Shown: positions 34,712-43,940 of the stretch, one piece after another
Numbering within the stretch: the stretch's first letter is position 1
Layout of the letters: each line of letters starts with the position of its first letter
Source: Bacteroidota bacterium
GTDB lineage: Bacteria > Bacteroidota > Ignavibacteria > UBA10030
Direction: 5' to 3'
Length of the DNA: 48,336 nucleotides
Assembly (NCBI GenBank): GCA_017882185.1
Contig: JADGQA010000002.1
Coordinates: 1 to 48,336 of the forward strand
Notes under the pieces: generated by a model
What the model was told of the DNA's origin: nothing
Seen by the model: the letters and a program-made list of their open reading frames with translations, nothing else
Database searches by the model: none
Program-made: the position numbers and the translations under genes

Positions 34712-36406
34712 TCAAAATGGACGATTGAATCTCAGCACAAACCTGGCTGGGGCCTTCACATCTGTCCTCCATGCAATCCCAATTCTGAAGGATCCGCTTC
34801 GGTTGCTGAATCCCACTCCAATATCGTTTTTGAACTCACCCCATGTTATTTTCTCAAACCCTTCCGTCGGTCTTGCATCCTGCGCAACTGTTCTCACCAA
34901 ACCTGCATCGCTAAAGAACAGAAAGTTGACATGACGGAACAACCAACTGGGCCAGAAATCCAAATCATCCAGAGTACTCCCATTCATGATATATTCCGCG
35001 TTGAACAGAATCAATCTGTTGCCGGACTCAGTCTTAAACGGGAAGCCATTGAGCGTCCCAAGTCCGCCAAGGTCATACGCCTTCTGGATCGGTAATATTC
35101 CGTCGGATGTTCCTGCACGCAAACGGAAGTTTAGATTGTCGTACGATGAAATCGGCTGGAAACGTCGTATGTCAAAAATATACTGATCGAAGTCAAAATC
35201 ACTCCCAAGGGATCTCGGTCCATATTCAAACGCTCCAAAGATACTCCAGCCTTCGGGACCACGGGCAGACTTGCTTTCCGTACTGATACCGGCAGATGTA
35301 AGTATGGTTCGCATTTTCCCTTCGTTAATCTTTGGATTCGGACGGAACAACTTATCGCCGCCGAACAAAGCCCATTCTGTATTATTCCCGATCGATGCAT
35401 ATTCGTCCGCGAGATAGGAAGCCTTCAGTTCGGTTTTGAGATAATCATTCTGCGAATAATAGGCAATGTGCGTCGAATAGCCATTGCGCTCGAAATAATC
35501 ACGAAAATCTTCGTGAATCAAGAGTGCGGCAGCAGTGTTCTCGTGCACGCCAATGAGCCATTGATCCTTGGAATCCGTCAGACTATATCCCTCTGCACCG
35601 ATTTCAAACAACTCATTGCCATCGATGATACCCAGCGGGAATTGTCTTGCGATGCCGAGATTTCCGCGCCAGGTGTGCGAACGGATACCCCAACCGATCG
35701 AGCCATAGGAATTGAACTCCCTTCGTCCATCCCAGTTATATTTTTTCTCCGTCCCAAGGCCAAGGAATAATCCTTCAACCCTGTTGTACCGGAAAATGAA
35801 ATTGTCCAAATTTGCATTTTCCCCTATCCAGGACGCACTGAACGAGTTCCCCGGGTGTGAGAATCGATGTCGCTCTTCTCTATAGCCGACCGTTTGGGAG
35901 CTGGTTTTGTCGGTGTAACCATCGATGATTCCCCCGTTTTCTTTCACAATGGTACCGTTGATTACGCGTGCGTTCCCGGTAATTCTTCCTCCATCCTTTA
36001 CATAGAGTGACCCCCCAACAACCAGGACATCTCCATCGATCTTTCCGTATACCGTGAGGTCTCCCCCTTTGACCACCACATTAGAATTGATCGTGGAGTT
36101 CTCTTTCACGGTGAAGTCGCCTTCGTATGTCTCTGTCCTGTGATCGTTCTCCAGATCAAGATCGACATCATGCTTCTTCGACCTGCCCGGAAGTGTATCC
36201 GGGTCGAATGGATCGGACTCATAGTCTCGGGAGAATTCTCCTGTAATCTCGGAAACAAACCGTTCAATCTTTTTTCCAATGCGGTCACCAACGTCGTCAT
36301 TGTGTTCGTCATCCCTTGATCTGTTAGTGTCAGACTGGGCGCTTGACACTTGCAGAGCTAGAAATGTCATTGTAAGTACCGCACAAAAGCTTCTTGTCAT
36401 TTTCAT
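34712..36406 (-). CDS. Omp85-family (Bac_surface_Ag-type) outer-membrane barrel fused to an N-terminal bactofilin-like beta-helix segment
   Basis: The signal peptide is MKMTRSFCAVLTMTFLALQVSSAQS, with an AGGTGA RBS upstream. The repeat segment is VVVKGGDLTVYGKIDGDVLVVGGSLYVKDGGRITGNARVINGTIV. The barrel motif is YDLGGLGTLNGFPF...LFNAEY. The C-terminus is FVLRFNRPF. Confidence 0.6.
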   Translation of the reverse strand: MKMTRSFCAVLTMTFLALQVSSAQSDTNRSRDDEHNDDVGDRIGKKIERFVSEITGEFSRDYESDPFDPDTLPGRSKKHDVDLDLENDHRTETYEGDFTVKENSTINSNVVVKGGDLTVYGKIDGDVLVVGGSLYVKDGGRITGNARVINGTIVKENGGIIDGYTDKTSSQTVGYREERHRFSHPGNSFSASWIGENANLDNFIFRYNRVEGLFLGLGTEKKYNWDGRREFNSYGSIGWGIRSHTWRGNLGIARQFPLGIIDGNELFEIGAEGYSLTDSKDQWLIGVHENTAAALLIHEDFRDYFERNGYSTHIAYYSQNDYLKTELKASYLADEYASIGNNTEWALFGGDKLFRPNPKINEGKMRTILTSAGISTESKSARGPEGWSIFGAFEYGPRSLGSDFDFDQYIFDIRRFQPISSYDNLNFRLRAGTSDGILPIQKAYDLGGLGTLNGFPFKTESGNRLILFNAEYIMNGSTLDDLDFWPSWLFRHVNFLFFSDAGLVRTVAQDARPTEGFEKITWGEFKNDIGVGFSNRSGSFRIGIAWRTDVKAPARFVLRFNRPF

Positions 36407-36607
36407 AAAGTCACCTACTAGTCTGTTGATGTGTTCCAACAGACGTTACGATTCCGTTTTGTAAAAGTTGCAAAGATTTCCAATCCAAAGAACAGTTCTC
36501 AGGTGACTAAAAAAGCATACAATCATGCGACTTCACAATCAAATGAGAAAAGTGTTATATTTGAGCAGCAGAAACAAGATTCTGTTCATCTTGAAGCCGG
36601 GACACGC

Positions 36608-37333
36608 ATGCAACTCGCCATAAATATAGATCACATCGCCACCATCCGCAACGCCCGCGGAGGAATAGAGCCGAATCCAGTCGAAGCTGCCCATATCTGT
36701 GAACACGCCGGTGCGGTTGGCATCGTTTGTCATTTGCGGGAAGATCGAAGGCACATTCGCGACAACGATGTCCGACAGCTGCGAAAGACCATCACAACCA
36801 AGCTCGACCTGGAGATGGCGACAACGGATGAAATCATAGGCATTGCGCTCGACGTGATTCCGGACCTCGTAACACTAGTACCGGAAAAGCGACAAGAATT
36901 GACAACAGAAGGAGGTCTCGATGTTGTTTCACAGAAGAAGAGACTGGCAGACGTGATCAAGTCTTTCCACAACAAAAAGATCGCTGTAAGCTTGTTTGTT
37001 GACCCGGTGCAGTCACAAATTGAGACTTCGAAGGAGATCGGGGCTGATATGGTTGAGCTCCACACTGGTGAGTACGCGAATGCCAGGTCAGATCGTGAGG
37101 TAAAGGATCAACTTGGCAGGATCCAGAGCATGGCGACACTTGGAAGATCGCTCGGTCTCACTGTAAACGGCGGACACGGGTTGGATTACAGAAACGTTTC
37201 ACCGATTGCTGCCATCAAAGAAATTCACGAAGTCAGCATCGGCCACGCTGTGATTATACGCGCTCTCTTCGTCGGATTAGAAAATGCGGTTCAAGAGATG
37301 CTGAAGTTGGTAGTGTCTGGAAGAAGTATCTAA
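36608..37333 (+). CDS. pdxJ: Pyridoxine 5'-phosphate synthase
   Basis: The N-terminus is LAINIDHIATIRNARGG. The motifs HLREDRRHI and EIHTGxYA-like (ELHTGEYA) are present. The start is set at the ATG at 36608; the longer ORF-track start overlaps the divergent gene region. Confidence 0.95.
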   Translation: MQLAINIDHIATIRNARGGIEPNPVEAAHICEHAGAVGIVCHLREDRRHIRDNDVRQLRKTITTKLDLEMATTDEIIGIALDVIPDLVTLVPEKRQELTTEGGLDVVSQKKRLADVIKSFHNKKIAVSLFVDPVQSQIETSKEIGADMVELHTGEYANARSDREVKDQLGRIQSMATLGRSLGLTVNGGHGLDYRNVSPIAAIKEIHEVSIGHAVIIRALFVGLENAVQEMLKLVVSGRSI

Positions 37334-37399
37334 GACTGCACGCCCAATGTTATTCCGACCAATTCCACGGGAAACGACTCACCGACAGACTTTGAAGGT

Positions 37400-38401
37400 C
37401 TAACCTCCCTTCAATGCTTTGTCAAGAACCCTCTGATTAGACAGTCCCACCTCACCCGGAATCTGCGGTCTCGTGTTCTTGAGTATACAGGATGAGAAGT
37501 GATTGATTTCTTCTACATACAGGTTGGGAACCTCGATCATTTCGGCACGGCTCTCTCCTCCTGATCCTTCCCTTCCCCCGGTTACATTCAATGGAATTGT
37601 TCTGTCTCCCAGGGTAAAATCAGTGGCAGAGATAACACCTTCTGTTCCGATGACCTCGATCGTCGACCGCCTGATGGGAGCCGCAAACGAACAATAAATT
37701 GAGGCAAGAATTCCCTTCGGGAATCGCAGCAACACGCCAGCGCTCAATTCGGTTCGTGTCTTTGTGGGCTTCGGCTCAAGTCGACTTACAACGGATATCA
37801 CTTCAGCATCGAGAACAAACTTTAGTGTATCAAGACAATGAACGCCGATATCGAAGAGCGGACCACCTCCAGCGATTCGCGAATCCTGCAGCCAACCTCT
37901 ATGGCTTGTTCGTCCATCATAAACAAATTCTGTTTTTACAAATGTCACCGATCCTATGGAACCCGACCGAATAATTTCTTTGATGCGCAGAGCCAAGTTA
38001 GAAAAGCGGATCATGTGGCCGACCATCAACTTCACTCTATTCCTCCTGCATGCGTCGACCATTTTCTTCGCCTCGGCAACATTGAGAGCCATCGGCTTTT
38101 CCACCAGAACGTGCTTCCTTGCTTTGGCCGCGGCAACAGTCTCAGAACAGTGTTGTGAGTTCGCTGAGACGATAAAGACAGCATCGACGTCCTTGTGCTG
38201 AACGAGCTCTTCGACCGAGTCAAACGCGAGCGGAATATTATGCTCGTCCGCTTTTTGTTTCGCGGCAGAGAGTGAACGCTTTTGAATGGCAACCAGCTGC
38301 GAGTTTGCGCACGCTCGTATTGCAGGTGCTATCGCCCGCTCGGCGAAGCTCCCGAAGCCAATGATTCCGTACCGAACCTTCTTTCCAGCTTCCTGAACCA
38401 T
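37400..38401 (-). CDS. Gfo/Idh/MocA-family NAD(P)-dependent oxidoreductase
   Basis: The Rossmann N-terminus is VRYGIIGFGSFAERA. The EKP motif appears in VLVEKPMAL. The start is set at the ATG at 38401 (MVQEAGKK). Confidence 0.8.
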   Translation of the reverse strand: MVQEAGKKVRYGIIGFGSFAERAIAPAIRACANSQLVAIQKRSLSAAKQKADEHNIPLAFDSVEELVQHKDVDAVFIVSANSQHCSETVAAAKARKHVLVEKPMALNVAEAKKMVDACRRNRVKLMVGHMIRFSNLALRIKEIIRSGSIGSVTFVKTEFVYDGRTSHRGWLQDSRIAGGGPLFDIGVHCLDTLKFVLDAEVISVVSRLEPKPTKTRTELSAGVLLRFPKGILASIYCSFAAPIRRSTIEVIGTEGVISATDFTLGDRTIPLNVTGGREGSGGESRAEMIEVPNLYVEEINHFSSCILKNTRPQIPGEVGLSNQRVLDKALKGG

Positions 38402-38550
38402 GATGAGGAAGAACATACTTAAGTTTAAGCTTTTAGGCAACTTCCGATTGATTGAATTCCTTCTCCATTTTGTCTATTTTCTTGCTGGATAGCAGTCTGG
38501 TATTTCGTCAACTCTGAGAACAAGGTCAATATTAATCATCCGTCACAATC

Positions 38551-39762
38551 ATGAAAAAGACTCAGCTTTCACTCTCCACCAGGGCAATTCATGGCGACAA
38601 GCTGTATGCCTACAAAGGTCCCGTATCACTTCCGATTTATCAAACCACCAACTACCGGTTTGACACATCTGAGGATGCTGTTCGTTACGCAAAAGGCGAC
38701 CCGTCCGTCTATGTGTACACCCGGTACCACAATCCAACCGTACACGATGTTGAGACAAAACTTGCCCTGATGGAAGGAGCGGAATCAGCGGCCTTGTTTT
38801 CCTCCGGCATGGCGGCGATCACCACGGGCATTCTCGCAATTACCAAATCCGGCGACGAAATCATAAGCACTCCTGCCCTTTATGGGGGAACCTACCGCTT
38901 CTTTCGGGATGAACTACCCAAGCAAAACATCAAGGTGCATTTCCTTGATCCGGAAAATCTCTCCAAAATTTCAAACGTTGCCACGCCGAAGACAACATTA
39001 GTATACTTTGAAACCCCTACCAATCCAACACTTGCCCTTGTCGATATCGCAGAGATTGTTCGCCAGACACGTGTTGCCGAGAAGAGAATCGGAAAAAAGA
39101 TCACGGTGATGATTGATAATACATTCGCGTCCATACTCAATCAGGATCCCTTCTCATACGGCGTCGACGTCGTCACGGAAAGCGCCACAAAGTACATTGG
39201 GGGACATAGCGATGTGATGGCTGGTGTCGTGCTCGGCAAATCAGAATATCTTACGAAAGTAAGGGGCCTTGCGAAACATTATGGCGGATGCGCCGATCCG
39301 TTCGCAGCGTATCTGTTGTTCAGAAGTCTGAAGACATTCGAGCTTCGCGTGGAACGACAGAACAAGAACGCATGTATTCTGGCGAAGGCTCTTGAAAAAA
39401 ACAAGAACGTGAATCGCGTTCTCTATCCCGGGCTTCCCTCCCATCCGCAGCACAAATTGGCAAAAAAGCAGATGGCCGGATTTGGCGGGATGGTAACGAT
39501 CGAAGTGAAGCCCTCCAAGAAGATTGCACCGGTCGAGGCGGCAGCGAAGGTGTGTGACAACCTCAAGATCGCGGTCAATGCAATGTCGCTCGGGGGGGTC
39601 GAGACACTCGTCAGTATTCCGGTTTACTCCTCACACGTCTTCATGACCGACGATGAATTGAAACGTCACGGCGTAACTTCCGGCATGATACGAATCTCCG
39701 TTGGCGTGGAGGGTATTGAGGATATTATTTCGGACTTTGAGCAGGCACTCGCGATGATTTAG
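38551..39762 (+). CDS. Cys/Met-metabolism PLP-dependent enzyme (cystathionine gamma-synthase/beta-lyase/methionine gamma-lyase family)
   Basis: The family pattern is STRAIHGD...PIYQTTNY...YTRYHNPT. The PLP-lysine context is SATKYIGGHSDVMAG. Length is 403 aa. Confidence 0.9.
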   Translation: MKKTQLSLSTRAIHGDKLYAYKGPVSLPIYQTTNYRFDTSEDAVRYAKGDPSVYVYTRYHNPTVHDVETKLALMEGAESAALFSSGMAAITTGILAITKSGDEIISTPALYGGTYRFFRDELPKQNIKVHFLDPENLSKISNVATPKTTLVYFETPTNPTLALVDIAEIVRQTRVAEKRIGKKITVMIDNTFASILNQDPFSYGVDVVTESATKYIGGHSDVMAGVVLGKSEYLTKVRGLAKHYGGCADPFAAYLLFRSLKTFELRVERQNKNACILAKALEKNKNVNRVLYPGLPSHPQHKLAKKQMAGFGGMVTIEVKPSKKIAPVEAAAKVCDNLKIAVNAMSLGGVETLVSIPVYSSHVFMTDDELKRHGVTSGMIRISVGVEGIEDIISDFEQALAMI

Positions 39763-39792
39763 CCGAGTGAGCCTTCCGAAGACTCAACTCGG
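39763..39792. terminator. Hairpin between convergent genes (possible terminator; no U-tract)
   Basis: CCGAGT-GAG-C-CTT [ccg] AAG-A-CTC-A-ACTCGG gives ~12 bp with a mismatch and a bulge. No T-run follows on either strand. Confidence 0.3.
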
Positions 39793-39814
39793 TCTCATCG
39801 ATCCTACCGAGGGA

Positions 39815-40216
39815 TCATCGGAGCAGTTCCTTCAGAATTGCCAGAAGGTGATCGACATGCCTATCAACTTCCGCTGCCACATCTGCTGGCAATTCTCCAA
39901 ATCGTTTCAAACCCTTCGATTTGCTGTCTCTCAACACTGCCCAGAGGTGGACAATCCTCGACCTCACGATTTGGATCTCCGAAAAAACGTTTGGTTCAAG
40001 TTCGAGGTGGCGGAACATCTCATCGTTGGATATGCGTAGTCTTGCTACAGTCTCGAGTATTCTCTTCCTGGCATCATTATCGAAGCTATCGGTCACACGC
40101 CGGCTTGATTTTACCTGATCCTTTTTCATTAACACTTTTTCGATGTCATCCAGAGAATCTTCAACAATTCTGGCGGTAACGGAGAGACTTCGGCGATGGC
40201 TGGAAGGAAAATGCAT
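39815..40216 (-). CDS. Hypothetical protein, predicted all-helical (133 aa)
   Basis: The ORF has an ATG start and a plausible size and composition. I recognised no family. It contains RSRIVHLW, an Rx4H-like motif; see the rejected items. Confidence 0.5.
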   Translation of the reverse strand: MHFPSSHRRSLSVTARIVEDSLDDIEKVLMKKDQVKSSRRVTDSFDNDARKRILETVARLRISNDEMFRHLELEPNVFSEIQIVRSRIVHLWAVLRDSKSKGLKRFGELPADVAAEVDRHVDHLLAILKELLR

Positions 40217-40350
40217 AGGACGTTAGGCGAACTCGATAGTGTCGGTTGATTGCTGACGCAGCGCAATGTACTGATCGATCATTCGGCTTTCAATCATTGG
40301 AGGGTTTAGCATGGTTGCTCCACGAAATTTTTCTTCGTTAATTGGGCCAC

Positions 40351-40920
40351 ATGATTTCGCTCCGGGAACATCTCCTCGCCTTTTTTAAGACATTCCATCG
40401 ACTCGAGCTGACAGATTCTGAGCTCACCCGCGCAGCAGTGCTTGTGCCTATCTTCGAAAAAGATCGCGAGCCGCACTTTCTCCTTACGAAACGCACCGAG
40501 GATGTCGAACATCATAAGGGACAGATTTCCTTCCCCGGCGGTACGGTAGACAGCGGCGACCGGAATATTATCGCCACAGCGCTCCGGGAAACGGAAGAAG
40601 AAATCGGCCTTGCTTCAGATCGTATTGAAATTGTCGGCGTGTTCAATGACATAACGATTCCAACGGGTTTCGTCGTCACGCCGGTCGTGGGATACCTCCC
40701 ATCCCTCCCCACGTTGAAACTCAGCAGGAACGAAGTGGAATCTGTCATTGAGGTGCCATTCTCTTTCTTTCAAGAGCCGAGGAATAAAAGGATTGTCAAC
40801 ATGGTACGCGCGGGCAAACCCCGAGACGTGTATTTCTTTCGCTTCGAAGAATTTGAGATTTGGGGTGCTACTGCTTTCATCATCGATTCATTTCTCAAAG
40901 AACTGCCTGCCCCTTCGTAG
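40351..40920 (+). CDS. NUDIX hydrolase, CoA pyrophosphatase-type
   Basis: LLTKRTEDVEHHKGQISFPGG is the CoA-pyrophosphatase LLTxR...GxxxFPGG signature. It is followed by the Nudix box ALRETEEEIGL. I prefer the ATG at 40351 over the TTG at 40342. Confidence 0.8.
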   Translation: MISLREHLLAFFKTFHRLELTDSELTRAAVLVPIFEKDREPHFLLTKRTEDVEHHKGQISFPGGTVDSGDRNIIATALRETEEEIGLASDRIEIVGVFNDITIPTGFVVTPVVGYLPSLPTLKLSRNEVESVIEVPFSFFQEPRNKRIVNMVRAGKPRDVYFFRFEEFEIWGATAFIIDSFLKELPAPS

Positions 40921-41104
40921 GCAGTCTCTACTTTGACCTCACAGGTGTTGTTTCAAAGCACGTACGCTTCATCCTGGAACTGGTACTATTTCGCAGACGA
41001 TAATATAAGCCTTTCAACAAGAGAATTGCTTTGAGTTTTAGGCCATTCTTTGCTATCTTGATGCATTCGAGTTTGAGATTTTTGAGAAAACAAAGGAGAT
41101 GTGA

Positions 41105-41377
41105 ATGCCACGCCATAAATCAGCTGTCAAGCGCGCTCGTCAGAATATCCGCAGAGCCATCAGGAACAAGGCCGCGCTTACGAGGATGAAGAGCCTCATC
41201 AGGAAAGTACGGACTTCCAAAACGAAGGACGACGCTACGAAAGTGTTGCGGACGACGGTGAAGTATCTGGATGAGATTGCCTCCAAAGGTGTCATCCACA
41301 AGAACAAAGCTTCAAATCAGAAATCAAGGTTGACGAAGCTTGTCAATGCGATAAAGGTGGAGGAGAAAGCGAAGTAG
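41105..41377 (+). CDS. rpsT: 30S ribosomal protein S20
   Basis: The N-terminus is MPRHKSAVKRARQNIRR. KGVIHKNKASNQKSRL is present. An AAGGAG RBS lies upstream. Length is 90 aa. Confidence 0.95.
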   Translation: MPRHKSAVKRARQNIRRAIRNKAALTRMKSLIRKVRTSKTKDDATKVLRTTVKYLDEIASKGVIHKNKASNQKSRLTKLVNAIKVEEKAK

Positions 41378-41408
41378 GAATTCCCGGCATCTGAAATTCG
41401 TTAACGTC

Positions 41409-41441
41409 AAACCCCATTCCTCATTATCGGAATGGGGTTTT
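41409..41441. terminator. Rho-independent terminator after rpsT (also downstream of the convergent gene)
   Basis: The stem is AAACCCCATTCC [tcattatc] GGAATGGGGTTT, a 12-bp perfect stem. TTTTCC follows on the plus strand. Confidence 0.75.
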
Positions 41442-41477
41442 CCATTTATCAGAGAATGTGGCTTGGGGAATCGTCGG

Positions 41478-42527
41478 TCAACGAAACCAGTCGAATGGAT
41501 TCCAGCGGTCCTCGGTATCTCTTTTCCATTCGCGGTACTTTTCACGAGTGATCAGCCCAATGGGCCCGTCATAAATTCCGCCGTGCATATACACATCGTT
41601 CACTCTCACAGCAAGAATATTGTCGCGTCCGGGCACCAGGAGATTTGATGGAATCAGATACGCACGTAGCTGAGCATACTCATTCCCCCTATCGTCAGGA
41701 TCCCAGTTTTTTCGCATACGGCCCGTCCGTCCAATGAGCTGACCGTTCAAGTACGTTTCATCAAAATCATCGATCTTGCCAAGCAGCAGAATGAGTCTTT
41801 CTCCGGCAAGGTTCTCCGGGATCTTGAACTTCATTCTGTACCATCCGAATCCGTCATAATTCCTATATCCTTGTGTTTCCCAGTAAGCCGGGACGATAAC
41901 ATTGCTCCACGCGCCATCATGTGTTTCGGCATCCTTCCACGATTCATTGTCCCCTGTCGTAAACTTCCACGTTCCGGCAAGATCGTAGTCTGGTTTAAGA
42001 TAGTCCCTCGGCTCGAAGAGACCAACACTTCCGTGAGTGATGCCCCCTGCTAATCGCTGATCGTAAACACGGACCGCTATCACATTGTCGCCAATGTAAT
42101 TGAGATATTGATGTGGTACACAATATGGTCGAGTGGCATTATACCCTGTAATGAAATTGGGAGGAAATTGTCCCTCAAATCCCACCATATGGCCATTCAC
42201 ATACACATCGCTTACATCATCCACATAACCGATCTGGAGGTAAATCACCGCATTCTTCAGTTCTTTATCGACAGTAAAATGCTTGCGGTACCAGGCATAA
42301 CCGTCGTATCCGGGATATCCGTCATCCTCCCAAGGGCTTGGCACTCTGATTTTATCCCATTTGGAATCCTCGAATTTTGGATCCGCCCACTTCATGTCAT
42401 CACCCAATTCAATCTTCCATTCGCCCCGGAGGTTGAGAAGGGTCCTCAATCCCTGCGCACGGATGTTGCTCGTGAGGGGAAGCAAGACCAATACGAGAAT
42501 GAGTTTAGCTACTTGTGTTCGCGGCAT
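41478..42527 (-). CDS. Secreted protein made of two tandem galactose-binding-like (GH2 N-terminal sugar-binding type) domains with no catalytic domain
   Basis: A signal peptide is present. The first repeat signature is GEWKIELGDD..W.DPKFEDSKWDKIRVPSPWEDDGYPGYDGYAWYRKHF. The second is GTWKFTTGDN..WKDAETHDGAWSNVIVPAYWETQGYRNYDGFGWYRMKF. Confidence 0.7.
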   Translation of the reverse strand: MPRTQVAKLILVLVLLPLTSNIRAQGLRTLLNLRGEWKIELGDDMKWADPKFEDSKWDKIRVPSPWEDDGYPGYDGYAWYRKHFTVDKELKNAVIYLQIGYVDDVSDVYVNGHMVGFEGQFPPNFITGYNATRPYCVPHQYLNYIGDNVIAVRVYDQRLAGGITHGSVGLFEPRDYLKPDYDLAGTWKFTTGDNESWKDAETHDGAWSNVIVPAYWETQGYRNYDGFGWYRMKFKIPENLAGERLILLLGKIDDFDETYLNGQLIGRTGRMRKNWDPDDRGNEYAQLRAYLIPSNLLVPGRDNILAVRVNDVYMHGGIYDGPIGLITREKYREWKRDTEDRWNPFDWFR

Positions 42528-42619
42528 GGCGTCGGCTTTCTCTGTTGAATGTACTAGCTAAATAGTTGATTTGGTGTTTCCCGTTTGTCATTGTTTGTAA
42601 AAAACTGTCACGCTACCGC

Positions 42620-43075
42620 CTACTTGATGTTCTGACCAAGAAGTGTTTTTTGTACCTGTGACGCAATGTCAGAAAAGAATAGATCGCTATTAGTGGCTTC
42701 TGTGTTCAGCGATTTCACAAATGACGCCGGACTTTCAAACACAATATTCGCCAGGTAGGCTTTATATCGAATCACGGGTGTCCTGCCCGTCTCCGCGAGG
42801 TTGATCAACGTGGCCTCGATTTTCTTCAGGTCCAGCTGGGGCAAGTCAATCCTCAAAAAGGTCAGATGAGCGATCACCGATTCTACAACGCCATCGTTGG
42901 CCGAATTCAGCGCCATCGCATAATTCTTGATGGCTTTCTGGGTGTATTCTTCCGCGTACGACCACACTGCAGCAGAATGCGGGGGATCGTGCTGCATTCC
43001 CCGTCGACTGCTTTGTGCGAGCACCGGAATCGACACAAGGAAAAGGCTTGCTGCTAACACCTTGTATGCTTTCAT
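42620..43075 (-). CDS. Secreted hypothetical protein (151 aa)
   Basis: An ATG at 43075 is preceded by GGAGG 5 nt upstream. The signal peptide is MKAYKVLAASLFLVSIPVLAQS. The remainder looks helical. No family recognised. Confidence 0.6.
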   Translation of the reverse strand: MKAYKVLAASLFLVSIPVLAQSSRRGMQHDPPHSAAVWSYAEEYTQKAIKNYAMALNSANDGVVESVIAHLTFLRIDLPQLDLKKIEATLINLAETGRTPVIRYKAYLANIVFESPASFVKSLNTEATNSDLFFSDIASQVQKTLLGQNIK

Positions 43076-43241
43076 GGCAACCTCCAAATGATTGTTCTTC
43101 GGAACGGTGAGTTTGACTACACACCAAGGTACGGCAACGACGTTTTAAAGATGTCGAGGTCGCGTCAACAATTGTAAGAAAATGTCACGGCGAAGCAGGG
43201 AGGCATCCGAGAAATACTGAGGGAATTCTTTCAGCGTGGAA

Positions 43242-43925
43242 TCAAACGAGAAGCTTGTATCCCAACCCGTGAATGGTAATAATGTGTTTCGGTTTGCTGG
43301 GATCGTCCTCAATCTTTTGACGCAATTTCAGTATGAAGTTGTCGATCGTTCGTGTGCTGAGGCTCTCGTCATACCCCCAGACATTTGTCAGGAGTTGATC
43401 GCGACTTACCGATTGGTTACGATGTTGCCAGAGGAATTTCAGCAATTCGAATTCTTTTGGGGTCATCGGCAGATTCGCACCGGCCCGGCTGGCAGTATAT
43501 GCTTTGAAATCTATCTCTACCGATCCAATTGTCAGTTTTTCAGCCGGTCCCGCTGACGAACCTTCGGTTCGCCGTAGAACTGCTTTTGTTCGCGCGAGAA
43601 GCTCCCGCAAGCCAAACGGTTTTGTGATGTAGTCATCCGCGCCGAGCTCAAGGCCGAGCACTTTATCGATTTCCTCCCCCTTCGCAGTAAGAAAAATGAC
43701 CGGAGTCGAAACACCCTTTTCCCGGGCTTTCCTGCAAACATCGAAGCCGGACATCAGGGGTAACATGACATCGAGCAGAACGAGGGAGTACGAATTGTCC
43801 AGGAGCTTTTGAAGTCCCATTTTGCCATCGCCGGCAATGTCAAGTTCATATCCCTCAAGCTCGAGATTGTCTTTGACGACCTGCTGCATTTTTGGTTCGT
43901 CTTCCACGAGAAGTATTTTTGTCAT
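43242..43925 (-). CDS. OmpR-family response regulator (receiver plus winged-helix)
   Basis: The N-terminus is KILLVEDE. The phospho-acceptor context is LVLLDVMLP. The C-terminal trans_reg_C pattern is LTPKEFELLKFL...TIHGLGYKL. Confidence 0.95.
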   Translation of the reverse strand: MTKILLVEDEPKMQQVVKDNLELEGYELDIAGDGKMGLQKLLDNSYSLVLLDVMLPLMSGFDVCRKAREKGVSTPVIFLTAKGEEIDKVLGLELGADDYITKPFGLRELLARTKAVLRRTEGSSAGPAEKLTIGSVEIDFKAYTASRAGANLPMTPKEFELLKFLWQHRNQSVSRDQLLTNVWGYDESLSTRTIDNFILKLRQKIEDDPSKPKHIITIHGLGYKLLV

Positions 43926-43940
43926 GATGGTTCCTGAAGT

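Noticed and set aside
39815-40216. A possible HepT/DUF86 toxin, suggested by an Rx4H-like motif (RSRIVHLW) in the 133-aa protein.
   Set aside because: No cognate MNT nucleotidyltransferase antitoxin gene is adjacent. The motif ends in W rather than Y and sits further from the C-terminus than is typical. One short motif is not enough.
40223-40312. A 29-aa minus-strand mini-ORF (MLNPPMIESRMIDQYIALRQQSTDTIEFA) with a GGAG upstream, just ahead of the 133-aa hypothetical gene.
   Set aside because: Accepting it would leave only 38 nt for the divergent promoters shared with the NUDIX gene. It is too short and featureless to support.
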